Source: Lama glama
Lineage: Eukaryota
NCBI GenBank assembly: GCA_028534125.1
Contig: CM052832.1
Location: 8,620,001-8,684,000, forward strand
Direction of reading: 5' to 3'
Length of the DNA: 64,000 bases
The notes under the pieces were generated by a model. It made no database searches. It was given only the letters and a program-made list of their open reading frames with translations, and was not told the origin of the DNA. Shown here piece by piece: positions 1-24,926 of this stretch; the first letter of the stretch is position 1; every line of letters starts with the position of its first letter. A program made the translations under genes and the position numbers.

Positions 1-138
1 GCCTTTCCAGGTCTCAAGTGCTGTACCCATCTGTGAGGGGGTTTTCTACTGAGGACCAGGAGATGGGATGGGCCCCCAATGGAGCCCAGGTACTGAGAGG
101 GGGTCCCCCTTTCCACCCCCAGCCTCCAGTCCCCTCAC

Positions 139-12670
<12,532 letters not shown>

Positions 12671-13577
12671 GGAGGCCTCACCTGCGTGGGAAAGCCGAGG
12701 GTGGAGGAGGGAGGGAAGGCTCCTCCCACAGAGACGGGAATCCGTGTTCCCAAATGCAAGGTGTAGGCAGGGAGCCGACACCCGGGTGGGCGGGACGCTG
12801 ACCAGGAAGCGGGGGTGGGCCCAGGGTGACCGCGCATCCCCTGCCAGATCTCCCCGCCTCCAACCCCACCCACAACCCAGGACCTCCCCTCGCTTCCGCC
12901 CCGAAGCCAGACCCCACCCGTTCTCGCGTTACCTCAGCTGTAGAAAGGGAGTTGGTTTGGCTCCCAGGGGTTAGTTGGCAACTGTCTGCACGGGTCACCT
13001 GCCCGGGCTCGGCTTTTCCCACTGACTCTCCTGCGTACGTGCCTACAGAGATCCGGCACCCCAACCTGAAGAAGCTGCTTCCCACCGGATCCCAATATTC
13101 CCAGCACTGGTGGACGCTCAAGAGCGTGCTGCCGGCTTGGGACCCTGGCCACGCTCGCTTGGCACCCCCTAGAGGCGGGATGACCGCTCAGGCGTCACTA
13201 GTCCCGCCCTTTCACAGGGCTTCTGTGCGCGGGCGCACCGCTATGTCTCGGCGAGCCTTGGGAAGCCGACGCACCGCTGCTCGTCACCCTTGTACTTCTG
13301 CACATGCATGGGGACTCATCTCAGCTCTAGTGCAGCGACAGTCATACCCTCTCATGCGGAGTACTCGCTCCCAAAGTAGCAGTAGGTACGTGCATTGCAC
13401 TCTCTAATTCTCAAAGATTACAGCGATGGGAAGCCAACCGTGCATGCTACACGGACGGGTAATACCGCTTAGGAACGCTTAAAGCATTCCCTTCCTTACT
13501 CCAAAGCTGTTTGGTCTTGGTGAAGTCACCTAACCTCTATGAACCTCAGTTTCTTTATCATCACAAAGGGGGTTAGA

Positions 13578-13673
13578 GGGGTGGCGGTACAGCTTAGTGG
13601 TAGAGTACATGCTTAACAGGCATATGGTCCTGTGTTAAATGCCCGGTACCTCTATTAACAACAACAAAACAAA
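13578..13673 (+). mobile_element. tRNA-derived Vic-1-like SINE (short form) inserted in a MIR
   Basis: ggggtggcggtacagcttagtggtagagtacatgcttaac...ggtacctctatt plus A-rich tail. Confidence 0.75.
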
Positions 13674-15439
13674 TATCCATAGTGGGCAATAACACCAATA
13701 CCAAAGTACTGTTGAGAGAGTTCAATAATTAATTTAAAGTGCTAAGGGCAAACGCCTTGCTCAGAAGTAGTCCCGAAATAAATAAATGTTTTAGGGAAGC
13801 AGTGGAAGAATATAAGCTTTGTAGTTAAATGGACATGGGTTTGAATCCTGACCTTTCCCCCACAACTTTTAGCAGTATGCACTTGGACAAGTTACTTATG
13901 CATCTTAGTTTTTATTATTTGTTTAAAGGGTATGGTATTGGTATCTACCCCACACAAGTATATATAGCACCCCCAAAAAAGTAGCTCAACAAAGTAGCTA
14001 TCATTATCCATTTAATCTCAATAAGAAGCTTAGTATCTCTAATATCAGAAATTAATGGTACTATTTTTACAAATTAAGAAATGTAATGTTGCATTTCACA
14101 ACCCCTAATCGTTAATTAATAATCATTTAGGTATTGATCATCAATGGCTGCTAACTCACAAAAGAGAGACAACCAGAAGCCTCCTTATGAAAAATAAAAT
14201 ATTCTAGCCAAAAAATCTAACTCAAATCTGATCAAGCCACTTTACCTAATTATCTAGTGGCAAGAAATACAGGACACAGTTAAACAATACCACAGAGCTA
14301 CTTGCAAGTTTACATTAGCCACTATAAACATATTGTCCTGTACAGAGCTAAAGTGTGTTTCATTGCATGTGTATGAGCAGGATGGGGGTCAAGTTAATTG
14401 TGGGGATCTACGAGCCAGAGGACAAGAGGGTTCTTTAGAGAGTCCACTTCTGAAAAGAGGGTGAAAGGGGCAGTTAATGGCTCTGTTAAAGATTACTCCT
14501 TCTCCTTTACCACATTCCACCCCCACCCATGATGAACTCAGTGCTCAGACACATCAGCAGGGCTCGAGTTCCCACTGATCATCTTTAGAAGGTGGTGCAG
14601 GGTCCCTTCATTTTCATAACACTCTAGTGTCCTAATTTTTTATAAGGATTTTGGCAAAGCAGTCATACCAACAACAGGATCCTTTCTAACTGCCACAACC
14701 AATTTATATTTTCCCAGAATATAGAGGAGGAAAGACAATTTGAACCAAACAATTCCTCCATCCAATAACATTTGGCTTCTTAGTTTCACCCAGTTTCGTA
14801 GAGAAATTTTACACCATGGCTTCTAAAAATGAGGCCAAAGGTACAAGTTTGTCTCCTTCCACTTTGGGGAATTGTAGTAACAACGATGTGGCAAGAGGAG
14901 GTGAAGAGGGAGAGGAAAAAATCATTGGTCACTAGGTAATTCACAATCCACAGAGTGGAAGATTGGCCAAATTCTCCAAAACCTGATGGACAAAGGAAGA
15001 GTCTATAACTTTGGAGACTGACATCAGTTTTCAGATTGTTGTGAACTGAGCATGGGTGACCAGGCACTCATCGTGGGAGTAGGGGTGGGCAGATTTAGCT
15101 GAGTGCCCAGGGTAGGGTGGAGGGAAGGGAGGGCAGTGGAATGAAGAAGAGCTCTCTCAGATGGTGGCTTACCAAGATAGTAGGTTCTGACTCGCTGGTC
15201 CCCTCTTGGCCTACTCTCTCCTTTCTGCCTGCACTTTGCTCCATAGTTATTAGCAAGGTGATTTGCTAGAGGGCAAGGAGGCAAGTGTGGGGAGGGCTGA
15301 ATCTGGGCAAGGCTTCATCTGGCCCACATCATCTCTTGCCAGATCACCATTTGTGTGGTCACTTTGAGTGGTGCTAGTCTTAATAAGGCTGGGAAGGAAG
15401 TCTGCCGAGACCACCTCAGTTACTTCTTTTCCCGCAAAT

Positions 15440-16639
15440 GACCTTTCATATAAATGGAATCATACAGCACATGGCCTTTTGTGCCTGGCTTCTTTCACTT
15501 AGCGCAGTGTTTTTGAGGTTCACCAGCATTGTAGCATGCATCAGTAGTTCGCTCCCCTTTTAAAAAACAGCTTTATGAGAGAGAATTCACATAAACAATT
15601 CACCCACTAAAAAGTATACAATCCAATGGTTTTAAGTCTATTCACAGATTATGTTCAAATACTTTAGAACATTTTTATCACATCAAATGAAACCTTGTAC
15701 CCTCCAAATATTAGTCTTTTACTCCTCCTCAGCCCTTGCCCCCAGCCTGAGTCTATAGAGATTTATAGATTTCCCTATTTGAGACTTTCATGTGAATGGA
15801 ATCATATAATATATGGGCCTTTGTGATTAGTTTCTTTCACTTACCATAATGTTTTCAAGTTTTACCCAAGTGGCACATATCAGTACTTCATTCCTTTTTT
15901 CCTTTTTAGTGTACTAAAATACACAGAACATAAAGTTTACCATTTTAAACATTTTAAATGTACAATTCAATGGTATTAAGTATACTCACATTCATAACCA
16001 CTATCTATCTACAGTACTTTTTCCATCTTCCCAAACTGAAATTCAATACCCGTTAAATACTAACTCTCTATTCCACCCTCTCTCCAGCCTCTGACAACCA
16101 GCATTCTGCTTTCTGTCTCTATGAATTTGACTAGCCTAGGTATTTCATATAAGCAGGAGCATACAATATTTGTCCTTTTGAGACTGGCCTATTTCATTTT
16201 ATTTATATGTATTAACGTGTAAAACTTACATTCTGGATTGATCTTTGCAAGAGTATAGAAGTACAACTGATTTCTTAATATTAATCTTGTATCCTGCCAT
16301 TTGCTTAACCTGTTTATTCATTTAATTTCTTCTGGGCTCTTAGGATTTCTTATACACAAGATCATGTCATCTGTAAATAGAAATAGTTTTATTTCTTCCT
16401 TTTCCATTTGGATGTCTTTTATTTCTTTTTCCTGCCTAATGAGCCTGGCTAGAACCTCCAATACAATGTTAAGTGGAAGTGGTGAGAGGAGACATCTTGT
16501 TCCTGATCTTATGGGGAAAGCATTCAGCTTTTCACCATTAAGTATGATGTTAGCTGTGTGTTTTCCATATATGACCTTTATCAGGTTGAAGAAGTTTTCT
16601 CCAATTCCTAATTTGTTGAATGTGTGAGTGTGAGTGTGT

Positions 16640-16674
<35 letters not shown>

Positions 16675-17320
16675 AATCATGAAAGGATGTTGGGTTTTGT
16701 CAAATTCTTCTTTATCCATTGAGATGATCATGTAATTTTTGTTTTTTACTCTACTGATAGAATATATTACATTAGTTGATTTTCAGATATAGAACCAATC
16801 TTGCATTTCAGTTTTTTCCTTTTTATTCCTGAATAGTATTCCATTGTGTGAATATATCACATTTTGTATATCCATTCCTCCACTGAAGGAAATCTGGGTT
16901 GTTTCGAGTTTTGGCTCTAACAATGCTATAAACATTCATGTAAAAGCCTTTGTGTGGACATAGGATTTCATCTTTCTGGGGTAAATAGCTAATTGTGAAA
17001 TTGTTAGGTATTATGGTAAATTTACGTTTATCTTTTTGAGAAACTGACAAACTGTTTTCCAGAGTTTCTGTACCAATTTACATTATCAATGTCTAAGATT
17101 TCTTGTTTCTTCACATCCTGGCCAACATTTGTTGTTGTTTTTCTTTTTTCTTTTAGCCATTCTTGTGGGTGTGAAATGGTATCTCACTGTGGTTTTAATT
17201 TGCATTTCCCTGAGGAGTAGTAATGTTGTACGTTTTTTTTCAGCTGCTTATTTTCATGTCCTTATTAGCCATTCCTTTGGTGAAATGTGTATGGAATTTT
17301 TTGCCCACCTTTAAAATTGG
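15440..17320 (-). mobile_element. Cluster of LINE-1 fragments incl. ORF2 reverse-transcriptase remnant (about 16240-16810)
   Basis: ORF 16318-16731 reads as L1 ORF2 ([20 protein letters not shown]...[15 protein letters not shown]...[16 protein letters not shown]); flanking sequence is L1 3'UTR-like. Confidence 0.9.
16621..16671. repeat. (TG)n microsatellite inside L1 ORF2
   Basis: Imperfect tgtgtgag repeats followed by a pure (gt)n run. Confidence 0.95.
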
Positions 17321-17354
17321 GTTATTTCGACAAAATTCATGTTTTAAGAACATA

Positions 17355-17880
17355 CGTGTTGGATATAGTATGGGAAAGTCAGTGAGGCCACAGGAGAAGA
17401 CTTGAATAGGCTTGAAAGGAAGAAATTGATCATACTTACAGACCGTAGGGGAATCACCACACCCCATGCAAGGCCACAGGGGAAGCACCAGTGTTGGTCA
17501 GGAGGCAGAAGACAGGAGAGGAGCAAAACATAGTCCATGGCCCTTATTGGGGTTTTTATGGGAGAAGCAGGGTAGAGCAGGACAAATGGTTTAGGATTGG
17601 CTACTTTAAATAATGTTGGTATGCCGTGAACTATAGGGGACCTAGACCTGGCATGATTTAGGTCAAGGGAAATACTGACTTGCTGTGTGAGTTAGATAAG
17701 AAGGTAGTTGGGGGTATCACTCTGGATTGGTTGGTTTGCATATGAAAGGCATACTTGTAGGCAAGTTATCTTTAGGAATTAGCTATCTTGGGAGGGACAG
17801 TCTCTCCCCAGCCAGATAGGTTTTTTTAAGATGTCAAAACATCATAATATTCAGAAAAATTTAAAAAATATTTACAATAT
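17355..17880. mobile_element. Probable old ERV-type solo LTR (family uncertain)
   Basis: About 520 bp block abutting the L1 cluster with LTR-like composition; recognition is by impression only. Confidence 0.35.
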
Positions 17881-18409
17881 AATGTGTCTATTTTGTGAGA
17901 TATTTTAAATATATAGACATAAATATATGCTTATATACACATAAATATATGAATACATATATATATATTTTGTCTAAATCTTGTAGGGTACTTTTAAGTC
18001 ATTCAATACATGAGTAGACTCTGCTACATAAATGTACTGGCAAAGTCAATCCCCTTTGTCAAATACTTCATCTTTCAATCCAAATAAGCAGATTAATAAT
18101 GGCCGTGTGATGACAACATCTCACTCTGAAGTTTAATGCTAAATAAATTGAGAATACATGGCATCTTGACATGAATTTATCCTTGGATGAAATAGGGTGT
18201 CCTCATCTGCCATGTTTCTTACCTACCTTGTTTTTGCTTTGTTCTCACAGGACCGTCCCTCAGGAGGGTCTTTGATAGTAGACAGGGAGCATAAAAGGGG
18301 AGGTTGCTAGGCAAAAGTTACCATCACTCCAGTCACAATCTACAACATATATGAATTCAGAACACTCCATCATGGGCCAAAATACTCCATGCCTAATCAT
18401 TCACCATGT

Positions 18410-18562
18410 ACAGCCATCTTTCAGTATCCACAGGGGATTGATTCCAGGACCACCGCGGATACTAAAATCTGAGGATGCTCAAGTCCCTTGGATAAGATGG
18501 CATTGTGCAGTCAGCCCTCTGTATCCAAGGTTCAGCATTTGTGGACACAGAGTGCCCACTCT
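18410..18562. mobile_element. MER2-like TcMar-Tigger DNA transposon fragment
   Basis: cagtatccacaggggattgattccaggaccaccgcggatactaaaatctgaggatgctcaagtccct. Confidence 0.8.
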
Positions 18563-18679
18563 ATAAGACAGAAAGAGACAGGACGTCTTATCACAGAGCC
18601 CTGAGTAAAGAGGACCCTTTGGCTCTTGTTCCATAAATGTTTACATACTAGGGAATTAAACCATAGTTTTTGTTGAAAT

Positions 18680-19760
18680 TTTTCAACTTTTAATTTTGAA
18701 ATAATTATAGATTCACAGGAAGTTGCAAAGATAGTACAGAGAAGTCTCTTGTATCCTCCACCCGGTTTCTCTCAGTGGTTACATTTTATATAACTCTAGT
18801 ACAATATCAAAACCAGAAAACAGATTGGTATAATATGTGTATAAAGTTCTGTATCTTTTTATCATGTGTAGATTTGTGTAACCAGCTCTTCAATCAAGAT
18901 AGAAAACTATTCAATTACCACACTTCTGCTACCCTTTACAGTCACAGCCCACCTCCCTCACCCCAACTATTGTTCTTAACCCTCATCTGTTTTCTACCTT
19001 TCTAATTTTGCTGTTCTGAGAATGTTATATAAATGGAATCATTTGACATTTTGAGGTTGTTTTTTTTTTTCATTCAGCATAATGCCCTTGAGAGCCATCC
19101 AAGTTGTTATATGTACTAGTAGTTTGTTCCTTTTCAGTGCTGAGCAGTACTCCATGACATGGATGTACCACAGTTTGTTTTACTATTCACACTTGAGGAA
19201 TATTTCCATTGTTTCCAGTTTTGGACTGCTACAAATAAAGCTGCTATAAACATTCATGTATCAGTTTTTATGTAGGGCGCAAATTGTTATTTTGGGGGAA
19301 TAAATTTATAGGAGTGTAATTGCAGTGTTATATGGTAAATGTATGCTTTGTTTTTTTAAGTAACTGCCAAACTATTTTCCAGAGTGGCTGTACCGTTTTA
19401 CTTTCTCATCAGGAATATGTGAGAGATCTAGAGATTCAGTTTCTCTGCGTCCTCACTAGCATTTGGTATTGTCAGGTTTTTTTTATTTTAGCTTTTCTAG
19501 TAGGCCTAATATCTCATGGTAGTCTTAATTTGCATTTCCTTTCTGGCTAGTGACGTCGAACATTTTTTTCATATACTTATTTGCTATATGTATAGCCTCT
19601 CTAGTGAAATGTCTCTGCATGGTTTTATGTCCATTTTCTAGTGGGCTATTTGTTTTTCACTGTTGAGTTTTGAGAGTTAGTTACATGTACCAGATAGTAG
19701 TCTTTTGTCAGATATGCAGTTTGCAAATATTTCCTCCCAGTCTATAGTTTGCTTATTTAT
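18680..19760 (-). mobile_element. Old LINE-1 (L1M-type) 3' fragment
   Basis: ttttaattttgaaataattatagattcacaggaagttgcaaag... with typical L1M 3'UTR and ORF2-end sequence. Confidence 0.8.
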
Positions 19761-19763
19761 TTT

Positions 19764-20276
19764 TTGCATTATTTCACTTTATAGCTGTGTAAAAATTATT
19801 CCCAAATGTAGTGGCTTAAAACAACAAGAAAAATGTATGATCTTTCACAGCTTCTGTGAACCAGGAATTCAGGAATGGCTTGGCTGGGAGATTCTGGCTA
19901 GGTGTCTTTCATGAGATTTCAGGCAGATATAATTTGGGTTTGCAGTCAACAAACCCTGGAGCAGAAGAATCTGTTTTCAAGGTGATTCCCTCACATGGTG
20001 GGTGAGTAGGTGCTGGCTCTTAGCAGGAGGTCTCAGTTTCTCTTCACGTGGACTTTTCCATGGGGCTGCCTGAGTCTTCTTACGACATGGTGGTTGACTT
20101 TCCCAAGAGTAAGCAATCCAAAAGAGCAAGGAGGAGAATGCAATGTCCTTTATGACCTGGCCTCAGAAGTCATACATTAATCACATATACCAGACCTGAT
20201 TCAAGGAGGTAAAGGATGATTCATTAAGGGTATGAGTATCAGGACTCGAGCCATCATGGAGACTGGCTACACCACA
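19764..20276. mobile_element. MLT1 (MaLR) LTR
   Basis: tagtggcttaaaacaacaag...ccaggaattcaggaatggcttggctggg...ggagactggctacaccaca. Confidence 0.75.
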
Positions 20277-21139
20277 GTCGGTAAATAGCAGATCTGAGAT
20301 TCAGCTCAAGATAATCTGACTCTGGAGTTGGGAATCATAATCAGTGTGTTATACTACCTAACTATGGTAAGATGTGGGCTGGCTGACAGGTATGACTTCT
20401 ATAAAGTGAGAGAAGGGCAATTGAGGAAGGGCAGGTGATATCTATTTTTAGATAATAAATCAATTTTAGGAAAAGAACACTTGGAAATTGAGTATCTGGA
20501 AACTGATTCTCTTAAGATTATCCATACTGTGAACATCTTGGGAAGTTGCCTTATGCCCCAGACTGCTGTCCTGGATGATTGTTCTGTACCTTGTCCAACC
20601 TCCTACACTTTCTCCCCCTCTCCTCATTCTCTACTGATGATATTGCTTCCTAATCCAAAGAGAAAATTAAGGCACCCAACACCACATCTACCCACTGACA
20701 TCATCTATACCCATACACTCTGCCTGCCCTCCTCCTGCTATAGGTGGACTGTCTCTGCTCCCAAGGCCAACTCCTTGACTTTGGTGCTAGATCTTATCTG
20801 TTCTCAACTACTCAAGGACACTGGCTCCTCTATCTTCAGTTTGTCCTTTTCCTATCATTTCTATCAGCAAAATATAAGGCTATATTTTCTTCCATTTTAA
20901 ATTGTTCTCCTGGTTCATGGTACTGTTGGAGAGACTTAATTTACAAGCACAACAGGGCCTGAAAATAAACATAAACAATAAATGAAAATGAAAAATTTAA
21001 GTATAAGGTAGCAAATGATAATGTGGTAAATTGCCTAGATTCCTTAATAATGCAATAGAAGCTTAGAAAATGTAAAGAAACGTGTGGTTATAGGTGGTAT
21101 ATAAAAAGAGAGAACTGAGAACAGCTTTCTAAAATCCTA

Positions 21140-21620
21140 TATTTGTCAGAGTTCTCAGTTGCAAGCAATGGAAATAGATTTTGATTTTAAGTTAAGCTAA
21201 AATAGCTCACAGAGTCACTGGGAAAGTTGGAGAACCAGGCTCAGAGCCTAAACAACTATTACCACAGCCAAAACCACTCCATAAATAGCGTCTGGTGAGG
21301 ACACCACTGTCCACTAGATGTCACACATCACACTGCTTACACCATCAGGCCAGGGACCTGAGCTCGGCACTGCTGCCACAGTTGCCTTGGCAACTGGAAG
21401 TTGCAGCTGCCAGGAACACTCGTCCATTGACTCTACTTCTTTACACCAATAACTCCAGAGTTGAAGTCTAAAATAGATGCATCTGACTGACCCAGCCTAG
21501 GTCAGTGCCAGCACCCAGTTGCAAAAGGGGGCTGGGAAAGCAAGTATCTGGCATTTTCAGCTTCTATTGTGAGAAGTGTTTCATAAAAGACTCGTAAGAT
21601 GGGAAATTCTTCGATGCTGT
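21140..21620. mobile_element. MLT1-type LTR remnant
   Basis: tgtcagagttctcagttgcaagcaatggaaa...cccagttgcaaaagggggctgggaaagcaagtatctggc. Confidence 0.6.
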
Positions 21621-21971
21621 GCAGCCTCCACACCCACCTCCGAGAACAGAAGTGTCCACCTTCAGTCAGCTAAAGCAAGAGGGCAGGAAAAGGAAGGGGG
21701 TGGTCAGCCAAGAGATCAAGAATGGTCCAGGGCAGTGAGGAAAAGCCTTCGAGAAGCCTAGGAGGAGCATTAAGAGGAAGGAAAGGTTAGGGGCCAAGAG
21801 CCTTAGAGAGTCCTCGGGACAGTAGGAATGGTCTTAAATTTGGATACTGAAGAATGTCTTGTGACCAAGAGCAATTTCAGCCAAGTGTGCAGGTAGAAGC
21901 CAATTATAGGGAATTATGGAGAAAATAATTATAAAGACAGGAATGAATCTGGAATTGAAAATATTGAAAAT

Positions 21972-22099
21972 GGGGAAGGGTATATAGCTCAAGTGGTAGA
22001 GCATGTGTTTAGCATTCATGAGGTCCTGGGTTCAATTCCCAGTACCTCCTCAATAAAGAAATAAAAACCTAATTAACAACCCCTCCAAAAAAAAAGAAA
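21972..22099 (+). mobile_element. Vic-1-like SINE (long form) with perfect TSD
   Basis: ggggaagggtatatagctcaagtggtagagc...gggttcaattccc; TSD gaaaatattgaaaatg at 21957-21972 and 22100-22115. Confidence 0.9.
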
Positions 22100-22419
22100 G
22101 AAAATATTGAAAATGCTCGCCTCTATTAATCATCACAAAAGCACTGTCCAATGTGTGTTGATCACTTATGAGGACAATCATCTTTTAGTGGTTTTATTTA
22201 TTTTTTGGACATTTGTATTCCTCTCTTGTGAATTGCCCATTCATATATTTTGCCTGTTTTTCTGTTGAGGTCTTTGTTTTTCTTGCAACAAGTTCTAGGT
22301 GCTTTTTCTAGATTACAGGGCTGGACTGAGGGTATGAATTCTCAGGAAAGAAACATTCTCCTTCCATGCAGCAATAATTTTCCTTATATCCTCTGCAAGA
22401 AAGGCAGACTTATTTTTTA

Positions 22420-24050
22420 AAATAACAACTTTATTGAAATAATTTACATATCATAAAATTCACCATTTTAAAGTTCACAATTCAATGGTTTTAGTATATC
22501 CACAGGTTTGTGCAAACATCACCGCTATCTAATTCCAGAGAATTTTCATCCCCCATAGAGAAACCATAAACCTCCCCATAGTCACTTCCCATTTCTCCTT
22601 CTCCCCAGCCTCTGGCAATCAGTAATCTACTTTGTTTCTATTGATAAAGCTTCTCTGGAATTTAATATAAATGGAGTCGTACAGTATGTGTCCTTTGGTG
22701 TCTAGGTTATTTCATTTAATACAATGTTTTCAAAGTTCATCCATGTTGTAGCACATATCAGAACTTCATTCCTTTTTATTATCAAATAATGTTCCATTAT
22801 ATGGGTATACCACATTTTGTTGATCCATTCATGAGCTGATGGAGATTTGGGTTTTTCCCACTTTTGGGTTATTATGAACAAAGTTGCCATGCAGTCATGC
22901 AGTTTTTGTGTGGACCTTTGTTTTCTGTTCTCCATGGTGTATGGAACCAGGAGTGGAATTGCTAGGTCATATAGTAACTCTATATTTAACATTTAATTAA
23001 AACTGCCTAATGTTTTCCCAAAGTGGCTGCACCATTTTACAGTCCCGTCAGCAATGTGTGAGGGTTCCAATTATGCTACATCCTTATCACCACTTGTTAC
23101 TGTCTTTTTTCTATAGCCATCCTAGCAGGGTTAAGTAGTATTTCATGGTTTTGATTTGCACTTCCTTAGTGACTAATGATACATGAAAGTTACATGAGTA
23201 ACTTTTCATGTGCTTTTGGCCATTTGTAAATCTTCTCTGGAGAAATGTCTATCTGAATCCTTAGGGTAGGTTTATTTCTAATTAACTCTTTAACTGTGAG
23301 ATAGCTTTTTGGGGTCCCAGATTTATTGGGGGTGTCTTCTTTTAGAATCCCTACTTTGGGAAGACCCTGGTTTTGGTCTATGAGTCTCAAAATCCAATGC
23401 TCAATTTCACTTAGTTTGGTAATACCCTAGTAGCGAAAGCTGCTTCAGTGGTCTGTCTGATTTTCTGCCTTTATTCAGTTGCTGGTCTGAATATCCTTCA
23501 TTATCTTCTCAACTCATGGATGCATTCAAGGAAATTTATTTTCTATTTTCTCCAACGTTTTAATTGTTTTCAGTGGGAAAATTCAACCTTGACTGCTGCC
23601 TCACCATGTTGCCGGAAACAAAAGTGGCATTTCTTGTAATTCTTTTAATCTCTTCTATTTCTTCTCAGTTAGTTTTTATTAATTAAATTTATTGACGTTT
23701 CCCTATACAATTAAATGTATATTTCGATGAGTTTTGATAAATGTGTACACTCATGTTAACTACCACAACAATCAACTTAACAGAATATCTCCATCACCCA
23801 AAAAAGTTATCTCAAGCCCTTTTGCAGTCAGTTCTTCACTCTGCCCTTAGATCCAGGCAATTACTGACCCGCTGTCATTATGTGACTTATTCCTTCTCTG
23901 GGACTTCGTAGATGGAATCATACAGTATAGGCTCTTGCGCCTGACTTCTTCCACTCAGCATCATGTTTTGGAGATTCAACGGTATTGTTGTATGTATCAG
24001 CAGTTCATTTCTTTTTGTTGCTGAGTAGTACTCCCCTGTTTAGATATATT
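22420..24050 (-). mobile_element. LINE-1 fragments (ORF2 C-terminus and 3'UTRs)
   Basis: ORF 22702-22992: IELLYDLAIPLL...WINKMWYTHIMEHY is L1 ORF2-like. Confidence 0.8.
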
Positions 24051-24067
24051 GCATTCAGGTAATTTTT

Positions 24068-24780
24068 CTAAATTGAAGTATAGTTGGTTTACAATGTTGT
24101 GTTAATTTCTGGTGTACAGCATAGTGATTCAGTTATACATATATATATATTCCTTTTCATATTCTTTTTCATTATAGACTATTACAAGATATTTAATATA
24201 GTTCTCTGGTTAATACAGTAGGACTTTGTTGTTTATCTATTTTTTATATAGGAACTATCTGCAGATACTAACTATCTGCAAATTCTGAACTCCCAGTTTA
24301 TCTCTCTACCCTCCCCTCCCCCCATAACCATAAGTTTGTTTTCTATGTCTGTGAGTCTATTTCTGTCTTATAAATAAGTTAATTTGTGTCTTTTCTTTAG
24401 ATTCCATGTGTAAGGGATATCATATGGTATTTTTCTTTCTCTTTCTGGCTTACTTCACTTAGTATGACAATCTGTAGGTTCATCCATGTTGCTGTAAATG
24501 GCATTATTTTATTCTTTCTTATGGCTGAGTAGTCATCCATTGTGTATGTGTGTGTGTGTGTATATACATATATATATGTGTGTGTGCGTGTGCGTGTGTG
24601 TGTGTATACACACATACCACAACTTCTTTATCCAGTCATCTGTCGATAGACATTTAGGTTGCTTCCATGTCTTGGCTATTGTAAATAATGCTGCTATGAA
24701 CATTGGAGTACATGTATTTTTTCCAAATAGAGTCTCCTCTGGATATATGCCCAGGAGTGGGATTGCTGGATCATAGGGTA
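24068..24780 (-). mobile_element. Younger 5'-truncated LINE-1 3' end containing a (TG)/(TA) microsatellite (24541-24612)
   Basis: ORFs 24533-24784 ([14 protein letters not shown]...[21 protein letters not shown]) and 24397-24615; aattgaagtatagttg 3' end. Confidence 0.92.
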
Positions 24781-24793
24781 GCATTTAGGTAGG

Positions 24794-24926
24794 TTTTTTT
24801 TTTTTTGATAGGGAGAGGTAATTAGGTTTACTTATTTATTTATTCTTAGAGGAAGTACTGGGGATTGAACCCAGGACCTCATGCATGCTAAGCATGCACT
24901 CTACCACTTGAGCTATACCCTCCCCC
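24794..24926 (-). mobile_element. Vic-1-like SINE (long form)
   Basis: polyT...ggtaattaggttt...gggattgaacccaggacctcatgcatgctaagcatgcactctaccacttgagctataccctccccc. Confidence 0.92.

Noticed and set aside
12826..13407. 193-aa plus-strand ORF across the ABCC10 promoter
   Set aside because: GTG start inside a CpG island with no recognisable motif.
14530..14578. ATGATGA...CTGA resembling C/D snoRNA boxes (similar pair at 18105-18128)
   Set aside because: Too short, intergenic, and no convincing terminal stem.
16301..16731. 137-aa reverse-transcriptase-like ORF with a His-Thr repeat
   Set aside because: Degenerate L1 ORF2 fragment. The HT repeat is just a (CA)n microsatellite.
21972..22050. tRNA-like sequences with A/B boxes (also at 13578, 24850, 32580, 42120, 51300)
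   Set aside because: A-rich tails, TSDs and substitutions identify them as SINEs, not tRNA genes.
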